DNA of 64,000 bases from positions 375,991 to 439,990 of the forward strand of contig NZ_OZ241965.1 in assembly GCF_965204015.1 (NCBI RefSeq), given 5' to 3'. This DNA comes from Candidatus Poriferisocius sp. GTDB taxonomy: Bacteria; Actinomycetota; Acidimicrobiia; Acidimicrobiales; Bin134. The notes beneath the pieces are model-generated. The model saw nothing but the letters and a program-made list of their open reading frames with translations. It did no database searches and was not told the DNA's origin. Position numbers and translations under genes: made by a program. Positions 44,381 to 52,548 of this stretch are shown here, piece by piece (positions within the stretch are counted from its first letter, which is position 1; every line of letters starts with the position of its first letter).

Positions 44381-45177
44381 GGGTCGCCTCCTAGATGAAT
44401 CTCAACCGGTGATTCGGCGCGGGTGTCGATCCAGGGATCGTAACCAGTCTCCTCCAGCTGGGCAGCCAACTCGGGGCCTCCGGTCTCCGCGATTGCACCG
44501 TCGATGAGGATGTGGACCACGTCGGCGTGGAGCACAGTGAGCAGACGGCTGAAGTGGGTGATGGCCAGAACGCCGAGGTTGTCCTCATGGGTGGCCTGCT
44601 CGATGCGGTGGCTCACCGCGGCCAAGGCATCTACATCGAGGCCGCTGTCCAACTCGTCCAAAATTGCAATGCGGGGGCGGAGCACGCCGAGTTGCACCGC
44701 CTCGCTTCGCTTCATTTCGCCCCCGGACAGGTCTACGTTCAACGACCGGTACAAGAGATCGGGGTCGAAGTCGACGAGCTCGGCCTCGGCGGCAACTTGA
44801 GCTTCCACCGCGCTCCGGTCCCCTCCCACGGCTTCCACTGCTTCTTCCAGCATGTTCTCCAGACCCACTCCCGGCACCTCGGTGGGGTATTGCTGGGTGG
44901 AGAACAGCCCGGCGTGGGCCCGCTCCCACGGGGACAGGTCCCCCAGGTCGACACCGTTCAAAACGATTGACCCCTCAGCGACCTCATAGCCGGGACGGCC
45001 CATGATGGCGTAGGCCAGAGTGGACTTACCGGAACCGTTGGGGCCCATGACGGCATGGACCTCGCCGGACGCCACCCGCAGGTTCACCCCATTCAGCACC
45101 ATTTGCCCACCGACTTGGACATGCAGGTCCTCAACGACCAATTCGCTCATTGCTTGATCACTCTGCTGCTCACTCAT
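44371..45177 (-). CDS. sufC: Fe-S cluster assembly ATPase SufC (second, divergent paralog, in the sufBD operon)
   Basis: 268 aa with GPNGSGKST, LSGGEMKR, ILDELDSGLD and ITHF. It has a C-terminal extension relative to the other copy. Confidence 0.9.
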   Translation of the reverse strand: MSEQQSDQAMSELVVEDLHVQVGGQMVLNGVNLRVASGEVHAVMGPNGSGKSTLAYAIMGRPGYEVAEGSIVLNGVDLGDLSPWERAHAGLFSTQQYPTEVPGVGLENMLEEAVEAVGGDRSAVEAQVAAEAELVDFDPDLLYRSLNVDLSGGEMKRSEAVQLGVLRPRIAILDELDSGLDVDALAAVSHRIEQATHEDNLGVLAITHFSRLLTVLHADVVHILIDGAIAETGGPELAAQLEETGYDPWIDTRAESPVEIHLGGDPWP

Positions 45178-45511
45178 CGTGACCGACCTCTAGCCAGATC
45201 TGGCCGTCTTCCACGCCAACGTCATAGACGGGCACCGGGCGAATTGCCGGCAAGGTCTCAGCTTCCCCAGTAGACAGGTTGAACAGGCTGCCGTGCTTCC
45301 AGCACTCGATGGTGCCCTCCTCAGCGTCTACTTCCCCTTCCGCCAGGGAGTAGTCGTCATGGCTGCAAGTGTCGCCCAGCGCGTAAAGGTCATCACCCAC
45401 GCGGATGACCGCGATCCGGTGGACCAATCCGCCAACTTCAACGTCGAACCGCCGGGCCTCGCTGTCGCCCAACTCGCCATCCGGGCACAGCACCACTCGC
45501 TCTGAGCTCAT
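45170..45511 (-). CDS. Rieske-type [2Fe-2S] ferredoxin
   Basis: 113 aa with CSHDDYSL...CWKHGSLF. It overlaps sufD and sufC'. A Rieske gene occurs at this position in Streptomyces-type suf operons. Confidence 0.85.
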   Translation of the reverse strand: MSSERVVLCPDGELGDSEARRFDVEVGGLVHRIAVIRVGDDLYALGDTCSHDDYSLAEGEVDAEEGTIECWKHGSLFNLSTGEAETLPAIRPVPVYDVGVEDGQIWLEVGHDE

Positions 45512-46773
45512 GCCGAGTCCCCACCCCTTGCATGATGGTGACTCAGCCCCGCGATCTTGGCCTGAAGCCGCTCACGCACCGCCGGCACCGCTTCGGGAAC
45601 AGGGAATCGATCCAGAACTTCATCGAAGAACCCGGTCACGATGAGCCGCTCGGCGGTCTCGGTGGGCACCCCCCGGCTCTCCAGGTAGAACAGCTGGTCG
45701 CTATCGATGGGGCCCACCGCAGATGCATGGCTGCAGTGGACCTCGTTGTTCTCGATCTCCAGGTTGGGCACCGACTCGGCCCAGGCATCTTCCGACAGCT
45801 TGATATTGCGGTTGGTCTGGTATGCGTTGGTACCCCGGGCGTCGGGTCGCACCCTGATCAGCCCGGTGTACACCGACCGGGAGGCGTCGTCTACCGCCCC
45901 CTTGAACAGCAGGCTGCTGGTGGTGTCGGGAGCGGCATGGTCCTGAAACGTGCGGAAGTCCAGCGTCTGCTCGCCATCGCCGAAGTACAGCGAAATCAGA
46001 TCACCGGTGGCCCCCCGGCCCGACAGGTGGGTGTCCAACCGCATCCGGGCGTATTCCCCTCCCAGCGCGGCGGTCGACGCCCTCAAATGGGCTTGTGCGC
46101 CGACATGGCTGACCTGTGAGCCGATGTGCCACACCTTGGGCCCGAGGTCTTGTACGGCCAGGTAGCCGACCCTCGCCGCGGCGGCCGCCCTGACCTCGAT
46201 TACCGGGCCCACGAAAGCAGACACGTCGGCCGAGCCGTAAAGCTCCAACACCTCAACCGAGGAGTCAGCCCCGGCGTCAACGATCAGCCGGGGAAACACT
46301 GCCCCATCATCGGCGTCGAGCCAATGCCGCACCACGATGGGCCCCTCCACATTCACTCCCGGGGGCACCTGCACTAGCAGCGGCTCAGCGCAGAACGCGG
46401 CATTCATGAGAGCGAACAGGTCGACATCCACAGAGGCGGCCAACTCGGCGTCGCCGTCGCCCAGCGGACGGACCAGTACCCCCTGGCCTGCGACCTCTGG
46501 AGTAAGTGCTGCACCGCAAAACCGGCCGTTGCTCGTGTCGGCAATCGCGCCCTGCTCGGGAACAGAAGCCGGCGACTGGGCGCCGGGATCGGTCGCCAGT
46601 TGATAACGGCCCAAGTCCAATTGCCCGATAGGGGTATACCGCCACACCTCTTCTTCCACCGAGGGCATCGGCGCAGCAGCCACTTGCTCGGCGGCAGCCA
46701 CTCGACGGCGGGCCAGCCAATCGGGGCCGGGTATGGCACCGGCCGCCTCGGGGGTGAATTGGGTTTCGTTCAC
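45508..46773 (-). CDS. sufD: Fe-S cluster assembly protein SufD
   Basis: 421 aa with the SufBD beta-helix C-terminal region (...VHCSHASAVGPIDSDQLFYLESRGVP...). GTG start. Confidence 0.9.
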   Translation of the reverse strand: MNETQFTPEAAGAIPGPDWLARRRVAAAEQVAAAPMPSVEEEVWRYTPIGQLDLGRYQLATDPGAQSPASVPEQGAIADTSNGRFCGAALTPEVAGQGVLVRPLGDGDAELAASVDVDLFALMNAAFCAEPLLVQVPPGVNVEGPIVVRHWLDADDGAVFPRLIVDAGADSSVEVLELYGSADVSAFVGPVIEVRAAAAARVGYLAVQDLGPKVWHIGSQVSHVGAQAHLRASTAALGGEYARMRLDTHLSGRGATGDLISLYFGDGEQTLDFRTFQDHAAPDTTSSLLFKGAVDDASRSVYTGLIRVRPDARGTNAYQTNRNIKLSEDAWAESVPNLEIENNEVHCSHASAVGPIDSDQLFYLESRGVPTETAERLIVTGFFDEVLDRFPVPEAVPAVRERLQAKIAGLSHHHARGGDSA

Positions 46774-47141
46774 GAACGCCGACGACGCTTCCGCCGCTTT
46801 GCCTTTCCGCCGCCGCCCGCTCTCAGCCGCCGCCGAGACTTCTCCTTCTCCAGTTCGGCCAGTACCCGGGGACCGGCCTCGTTCACGATGTCTTCGGCGG
46901 CGTCCAGCAGGGCGCCGATACTGTCGTCGCTTCCCACGCTGGACGGCGCCTCGGGAGTGGGCGGTGTGACCAAGGTGCCATGAGACCAGTTCACGTCCAC
47001 CAGCCGCCGCTCATAGGCGGAGCAGTCGTCGGGACAACGCCACGGGGCCTCTGGGGCCAGGTCCAAATCGCACTTCCGCACGGTCTCCCCATTGGGGTAC
47101 GACCGGCTCTCGAAGTACTTGCAATCCTGCCGCATGGGCAT
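46770..47141 (-). CDS. uncharacterised 4-Cys small protein with polybasic C-terminal tail, inside the suf operon
   Basis: 123 aa. Its ATG overlaps the sufB stop (TGATG) and its TGA overlaps the sufD GTG (GTGA). Third codon positions are strongly G/C. The Cys pattern is C-x16-C-x11-C-x3-C, and the tail is KEKSRRRLRAGGGGKAKRRKRRRRS. Confidence 0.6.
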   Translation of the reverse strand: MPMRQDCKYFESRSYPNGETVRKCDLDLAPEAPWRCPDDCSAYERRLVDVNWSHGTLVTPPTPEAPSSVGSDDSIGALLDAAEDIVNEAGPRVLAELEKEKSRRRLRAGGGGKAKRRKRRRRS

Positions 47142-48550
47142 CAGCCGACAGATCCCTCCATCTGCAACTCGATAAGCCGGCTCCACTCCACGGCGTACTC
47201 CATCGGCAGGGTGCGGGTGATGGGCTCGATAAAGCCGTTGACGATCATGCCCATGGCCTGTTCCTGGGTCAGCCCCCGGCTCATCAAATAGAACAGCTGC
47301 TCGTCGGCCACCTTGGACACAGTGGCCTCGTGGCCGATCTCGGCGTCCCGGGCGCCCACCTCCATGTAGGGATAGGTGTCGGACACGCTGTCCTCGTCCA
47401 AGATCAACGCGTCGCACTGCACGTGGCTGCGGCAGCCGTAGGCATCGTCCTCCACCCGGACCAGTCCTCGATAGCTGGTGCGACCGCCGCCGTTGGAAAT
47501 CGATTTGGACACAATCTTGGAGGTGGTCTCGGGGGCGGCGTGGGTCATCTTGGCCCCGGCATCTTGATGCTGATCAGGGCCGGCATAAGCCACCGATAGG
47601 ACCTCGCCTGAGGCCTTGGGGCCGACCATCACCACCGCGGGGTATTTCATGGTCAGTCGGGAGCCGATATTGCCGTCGATCCACTCCATGTGGCCCTCGG
47701 CCTCGACCTTGGCCCGCTTGGTGACCAGGTTGTACACGTTGTTGGACCAGTTCTGGATTGTGGTGTAGGTGACCCGGGCCGACTTCTTTACCAGGATCTC
47801 CACCACCGCGGAGTGCAGCGAATCACTGGTGTACACCGGGGCTGAACATCCCTCGATGTAGTGAACCTGCGAACCCTCGTCGGCGATGATAAGTGTCCGC
47901 TCGAACTGGCCCATGTTCTCGGCATTGATCCGGAAGTAGGCCTGGAGCGGCATCTCCACCGTCACACCGGGCGGCACATAAATGAAGCTGCCTCCCGACC
48001 ACACCGCGGAGTTGAGGGAGGCGAACTTGTTATCGCCCGGCGGGATGATGGTGCCGAAGTGCTCCTTGACCAGGTCGGGATACTCCTTGAGGGCAGTGTC
48101 CATGTCGCAGAACAGCACTCCTTGGCGCTCCAAGTCCTCCCGGTTGCGGTGGTACACCACTTCGGACTCGTATTGGGCGGTCACCCCGGCCAGGTACTTG
48201 CGCTCGGCCTCGGGAATGCCCAGCTTCTCGTAGGTGTCCTTGATCGAGTCCGGCACCGCTTCCCAGTCGTCGGCCAGACCCTCGGTGGGCTTGATGTAGT
48301 AGTAGATGTTGTCGAAGTCGATGCCCGACATGTCGCCGCCCCACGAGGGCATGGGCCGCTTCTCAAATCGGGAAAGCGACTTCAAGCGGAAGTTCCGCAT
48401 CCACTCGGGCTCGCTCTTCATCCACGACATCTCCTGCACGATGTCGGTGTTGAGCCCTCTCTTGGGCTTGAAGACGTAATCTTCCTCGTCGCTCCAGCCG
48501 AGCTTGTATCGGCCGAGATCAAGGGCGAGGGCTTCCGACGACATATCCAA
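47141..48550 (-). CDS. sufB: Fe-S cluster assembly scaffold SufB
   Basis: 469 aa with highly conserved SufB sequence throughout (e.g. [43 protein letters not shown]). Confidence 0.95.
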   Translation of the reverse strand: MDMSSEALALDLGRYKLGWSDEEDYVFKPKRGLNTDIVQEMSWMKSEPEWMRNFRLKSLSRFEKRPMPSWGGDMSGIDFDNIYYYIKPTEGLADDWEAVPDSIKDTYEKLGIPEAERKYLAGVTAQYESEVVYHRNREDLERQGVLFCDMDTALKEYPDLVKEHFGTIIPPGDNKFASLNSAVWSGGSFIYVPPGVTVEMPLQAYFRINAENMGQFERTLIIADEGSQVHYIEGCSAPVYTSDSLHSAVVEILVKKSARVTYTTIQNWSNNVYNLVTKRAKVEAEGHMEWIDGNIGSRLTMKYPAVVMVGPKASGEVLSVAYAGPDQHQDAGAKMTHAAPETTSKIVSKSISNGGGRTSYRGLVRVEDDAYGCRSHVQCDALILDEDSVSDTYPYMEVGARDAEIGHEATVSKVADEQLFYLMSRGLTQEQAMGMIVNGFIEPITRTLPMEYAVEWSRLIELQMEGSVG

Positions 48551-48596
48551 ATCCTAGCGATGGGCGTGACGTGGCTGACCTGAATACTACCGGCGA

Positions 48597-49115
48597 TCAG
48601 CCCAATAAGCGCATCTCTGCCCGATATCGGTAGCAGCGGTCCACGTAGCCCTGGGCGTCCTCCCGGTTTTGCCCTTCGGACATGTGACCCTCCCGGATCT
48701 TGGCCGGCACGCCGATGGCCAAAGCCAGCGGTGGAATCTTCATATGATTGGTAACCACCGCGCTAGCGCCTACCAACGCCCCTCGGCCCACCACCGCTTC
48801 ATGCAGCACAACGGATGCCACGCCGATCAGCGCTTCGTCCTCGACGGTGCAACCCTCCAAATGGGCCAGATGCCCGACGGTCACGTCGTCGCCCACCACC
48901 GTGGGCAGTTCGTCGGTGTTGTGAATGACGGCATTGTCCTGAATCGAGGTGCGGGCCCCGATGGTGATTCCGGCCCCGTCACCCCGGAGGACCGTTCCGG
49001 GCCAAATGGTCGACTCGGCTCCCACGCTCACCTTGCCGATGATCACCGCCTGCGGATGAACGAACGCCTCAGGGTGGATGTCGGGTTCGATGTCCCCCAA
49101 TGCGTACAGCGGCAC
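48597..49115 (-). CDS. gamma-carbonic-anhydrase-like hexapeptide-repeat protein
   Basis: 172 aa. The left-handed beta-helix repeats and the N-terminus (PDIHPEAFVHPQAVIIGKVSVG...VLRGD) fit the gamma-CA/YrdA/PaaY family. Confidence 0.85.
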   Translation of the reverse strand: MPLYALGDIEPDIHPEAFVHPQAVIIGKVSVGAESTIWPGTVLRGDGAGITIGARTSIQDNAVIHNTDELPTVVGDDVTVGHLAHLEGCTVEDEALIGVASVVLHEAVVGRGALVGASAVVTNHMKIPPLALAIGVPAKIREGHMSEGQNREDAQGYVDRCYRYRAEMRLLG

Positions 49116-49121
49116 AGCTGA

Positions 49122-49619
49122 TCAGCCCAGCGGGTCGAAGGCGCCGTATTTTCCGGCCAAGAACACCAGAGGCCCCACATCGTCTCGCTGGACTCCCAGG
49201 TCCAACACCCGGCCCAGGACGATCCAGTGGTCTCCACCTTCCACCACCTGGTCGATCTCGCAGTCGATCCAGGCCAGGGAGGTCTCGAAGATGGGAGCAC
49301 CGGTGACCTTTGTCGACCACTCCAGACCGGCGAACTTGTCCTCCGCTTTGGAAGCGAACAAATTGGACATGTCCACTTGGTCCTCCGCCAGAATATTCAC
49401 CCCGAATTGGCCCGCGGCCTCGATGGCCGGCCAGCTGGTGGACGACTTGCCCGGCATGAACATAACCAGCGGCGGGTCGAGCGACACCGAGCCGAATGAG
49501 CCAATAGCCAGCCCGGCGGGTCCGTCGGGTCCTGAGGCAGTGACCACAGTCACCCCGGTGGGGAACTGTCCGAGCACTTGGCGGAAAAAGGCCGAGTCGA
49601 ACGGCGGGCTGTCAGACAC
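49122..49619 (-). CDS. flavin reductase family protein (FMN-binding split barrel)
   Basis: 165 aa. FRQVLGQFPTGVTVVT...GSFGSVSLDPPLV matches the flavin reductase domain. Confidence 0.85.
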   Translation of the reverse strand: MSDSPPFDSAFFRQVLGQFPTGVTVVTASGPDGPAGLAIGSFGSVSLDPPLVMFMPGKSSTSWPAIEAAGQFGVNILAEDQVDMSNLFASKAEDKFAGLEWSTKVTGAPIFETSLAWIDCEIDQVVEGGDHWIVLGRVLDLGVQRDDVGPLVFLAGKYGAFDPLG

Positions 49620-49718
49620 TTGGACTCCTCGGGCAGGGGCTGACTTATCCCCTGACAGCAGGCAGGATAGTGCCTGCCTTCCTACAACCCCGCGTTGGGC
49701 ACCTCCATCCGCCTCCGC

Positions 49719-51152
49719 CTAAGGCTGCCCTGCGACCTCCACGTCCACGCCGTAGCTGCGGAGCGTGGTCGTGGTCCGGGCCAACGACTGCTCGAGTTGT
49801 CTGGTGAGCTCAGGGAAAGAATCGGCGGTCAGTGCGGCCCCCACGTCGACGATGGTGAAGGTTCGCCGATCCACCCAGGTCGGTACGGCGCTGATCGCGG
49901 CCACTTCGAAGTCGCCAGAATCGCCTTCCACCAAATCAACCTGCACGATGACTCCGTCGGTGCTTTCCGGCGGACACGACCGGCATGACTGGGGTGACTG
50001 GTTGGACAGGAAGTTCCCGAGCCCATAGATCACGAAGTTGCCGCCGAGTCGCTCCACTGGCTGAATCACATGGGCGTGTGTACCGACAATGAGGTTAATC
50101 TCGTCTCCCGCGAGGAGCTCCTTGGCTAACGCCCGCTGCTGTTCGGTGGGCTGCACTCGGTATTCCGCGCCCCAATGGATGCTCAGCACCACGAATTCGG
50201 CCCCGACCTCGATGGCTGACCGGGCCTCAGTCAGGATGCCCTCAACAGAATTGATGTTCACAGCCCAAGGCTGGTCGTCGGGGAGGATTAACCCATTGAG
50301 TCCGTAGGTGTAAGACAAGTGGCCGATAGTTATGCCATTCACCTGATACAGCCGCGGGACGGCAGCTTCCCACTGGGTGCGGGCCATGCCAGCATGCCCC
50401 AGCCCTGCCTGGTCAAACAGATCGAGGGTGGCCTCAATGCCTGCGACACCCTGGTCGAGCGAGTGGTTCGACGCAGTCGAGCAGCCGTCGTAACCCACGT
50501 TGGCAATGGCAACGGCCAAGTCTCCTGGGGCATTGAACAACGGGTAACCAGAAAGGGCGCTGTTGTCGGGCGACAGCGGGGTCTCTAGGTGGCAGATCGC
50601 CAAATCGGCATCGCTCACAGCCTCCCGCACCAACTCGAACATCGGGCGATAGTCGTAGGCAAGCCCATCGGTGCCGTTGGCCTCCGCCTGACGGAATACC
50701 GGACCGTGCGACAACAAATCTCCAGTGAAGGCCAACCGGGCCTGTCGGGGTGCTGGAACCGAGGCGGGAGTAGGCAATGGGGTTGGCGTAGGAGCAGGCT
50801 TCGCTGGAGTGGGAGCCGCATCTGGCGTCGAGACGAGCTCGGGCAAGGGCGTGGTCTCAGGTGCGGGCGTGGTCTCAGGCAAGAGCGCTGACTCTGGAGT
50901 TGGTATAGGAGAAGGGGCCGTTGCAGAACTCGGGTCCGTGGAGAGAGTAGGGGTGGCAGAAGAGGCAGAAACCGGCACCTCAATCTCGTTCTCAATCTCG
51001 GCCGAATCCCAGGATTGCGTTGGAGTTGCGGGAGAGGCGTCGGGCTCTTGGCCCCCACATCCGCTTAACCAGACAACGATGCCGACAGATATAGCCAGCA
51101 CAGCCGTCTTTGATCGGCGCGCCAGCAGGGAGAGCAGATGTTGGCCGGTCAA
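49719..51152 (-). CDS. CapA-family (metallophosphatase-like) lipoprotein with Pro/Thr-rich linker
   Basis: It has a lipobox (VWLSGCGG) and a 100-aa PT-rich linker. The CapA core follows (LAFTGDLL, LAICHLETPL, CSTASNHSLD, SIHWGAEY, GTHAHV). Confidence 0.8.
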   Translation of the reverse strand: MTGQHLLSLLARRSKTAVLAISVGIVVWLSGCGGQEPDASPATPTQSWDSAEIENEIEVPVSASSATPTLSTDPSSATAPSPIPTPESALLPETTPAPETTPLPELVSTPDAAPTPAKPAPTPTPLPTPASVPAPRQARLAFTGDLLSHGPVFRQAEANGTDGLAYDYRPMFELVREAVSDADLAICHLETPLSPDNSALSGYPLFNAPGDLAVAIANVGYDGCSTASNHSLDQGVAGIEATLDLFDQAGLGHAGMARTQWEAAVPRLYQVNGITIGHLSYTYGLNGLILPDDQPWAVNINSVEGILTEARSAIEVGAEFVVLSIHWGAEYRVQPTEQQRALAKELLAGDEINLIVGTHAHVIQPVERLGGNFVIYGLGNFLSNQSPQSCRSCPPESTDGVIVQVDLVEGDSGDFEVAAISAVPTWVDRRTFTIVDVGAALTADSFPELTRQLEQSLARTTTTLRSYGVDVEVAGQP

Positions 51153-51949
51153 ATGGCTGCGCAGAACAGCTCTGGGGTCACCGGGCAGTCGGTACTGGAA
51201 ACCGCCTCGGCCACTGAGACCAGTCCGTCGGGACCGGCGACTCGGTCCACCAAGGTGAGTGGGACAACCTCTTCGTCAGCCTCCCACGCCTCCACCATTC
51301 CCAATGCTCTCTCGACCAGCGAGTCCCACATCGGACCCGGCAAAACCGTCCCCTTGCCGGCCACCAGCCAAACCGGGACCTCGGCGGCTTGGGCCACCGC
51401 CGCCGCGGCCCGAGACCCGGAGACCGCCAAGAATCCGTCAGGGCCAACCGCGGCTGACTCCAAGAGCACCAGGTCTGCTGATGCCGCAGCCGCTCCGAGC
51501 CCGCTCTCAGGCACCTCGTCTACCCAGCCATCCTGCTCCGACAGCCGGCGCGCCAAGTGGTACCCCTCCCCCACAACATCGACGACCAATACCCGAAGAT
51601 CACCCCGCCGCCGAAGCGTGCCGCCGACCAGATCGGGCCAGCCAAGCACGCACACTGCGGCCTCGACAGGCAGTTGGCGCGACAGCAGGCGGGCGGTTTT
51701 GTCCTCGGCCATCGCCTCCATGCATGCTCGGACCTCCGAGCGGGGGTCGGCTGCGGTGAGAACCCGAGAGGCCAGCCACAGGAGCGGACCAGAGGATGGC
51801 TGGCGGGCAATCATGCGGCGGCAGGTGGTGACCAGCCCGGCGGGGTCGTGGCCGAAACTCAACAGTGCTCCAGCCGTCTCCCGCACCAACGATTCCTGGC
51901 CCACCCCGGAAGACCGGGCCACGTAGCGCAGGTGCTCGATCGGATGCAC
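51149..51949 (-). CDS. hypothetical protein, possibly eIF-2B alpha/beta/delta-like fold
   Basis: 266 aa. The C-terminal half (ADLVLLESAAVGPDGFLAVSGSRAAAAVAQAAEVPVWLVAG) resembles the IF-2B / sugar-phosphate isomerase family pattern. The call is weak. Confidence 0.45.
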   Translation of the reverse strand: MHPIEHLRYVARSSGVGQESLVRETAGALLSFGHDPAGLVTTCRRMIARQPSSGPLLWLASRVLTAADPRSEVRACMEAMAEDKTARLLSRQLPVEAAVCVLGWPDLVGGTLRRRGDLRVLVVDVVGEGYHLARRLSEQDGWVDEVPESGLGAAAASADLVLLESAAVGPDGFLAVSGSRAAAAVAQAAEVPVWLVAGKGTVLPGPMWDSLVERALGMVEAWEADEEVVPLTLVDRVAGPDGLVSVAEAVSSTDCPVTPELFCAAI

Positions 51950-52030
51950 CGTTCAAGCGTAGGCGACCGCGATCTGATCATCAGCCCCGACATGAGGTTG
52001 TGCCACCGCCCTGGGGTAACTTCGAATGCG

Positions 52031-52519
52031 ATGTCCACCACGCTTGACGCCGAAGTGACTCTGACTCCGCTGACCGGCGACCCCCGCCCTCTTGGCGATT
52101 GGGTCACTGTCTTTCATCTGGTCGTTGTTGTTCTCGACCCGTACACCTACGAGAGCTCCTGGATGATCGACACTGCCGGCCGCGTTCTGCGCAACTTCGT
52201 CGGCGCGGACTGCCGGGTGGCGTTCTTGGTCACCGCATCGCCCGACGAAGCCGAGGAGTTCCTCGGTCCTTGGACCAAAGAGATCCTCACCTTCGCCGAC
52301 GAGGACCGCTCAGTGGTGCGAGCTTTGGGACTGGAGTCGCTCCCCGCCATTGTCCATCTCGACCACCAGCTCAACCTGCGGGCCTCGGCCCAGGGCTGGA
52401 ATCCGCCTGACTGGAGAGATTTTGCCTCCCAGCTCAGCGCGGCAATGAGTTGGCATCCCCCGGTGATCCCCGACGCGGGCGACCCATCGCCCTTCGCGGG
52501 AACCCCGGCGTTAGGCTGA
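52031..52519 (+). CDS. hypothetical protein
   Basis: The start is trimmed to MSTTLDAEVTLTPL. The 162 aa have protein-like composition. The upstream part of the 320-aa ORF is antisense to the previous gene. Confidence 0.55.
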   Translation: MSTTLDAEVTLTPLTGDPRPLGDWVTVFHLVVVVLDPYTYESSWMIDTAGRVLRNFVGADCRVAFLVTASPDEAEEFLGPWTKEILTFADEDRSVVRALGLESLPAIVHLDHQLNLRASAQGWNPPDWRDFASQLSAAMSWHPPVIPDAGDPSPFAGTPALG

Positions 52520-52548
52520 GCAGAACTCCCGCGGAATGAACCGAGCGC

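Noticed and set aside
46770-47417. The full 215-aa ORF that overlaps the 3' end of sufB.
   Set aside because: The first 92 codons are the antisense-independent shadow of the sufB C-terminus in another frame. The ATG at 47141, which shares a base with the sufB stop, gives the compact 123-aa product I retained.
49657-49680. A GGCAGG-N6-CCTGCC hairpin downstream of the CapA-like gene, as a terminator.
   Set aside because: The stem is only 6 bp and there is no U-tract. It may still contribute to termination or promoter insulation, but it is not supportable from sequence alone.
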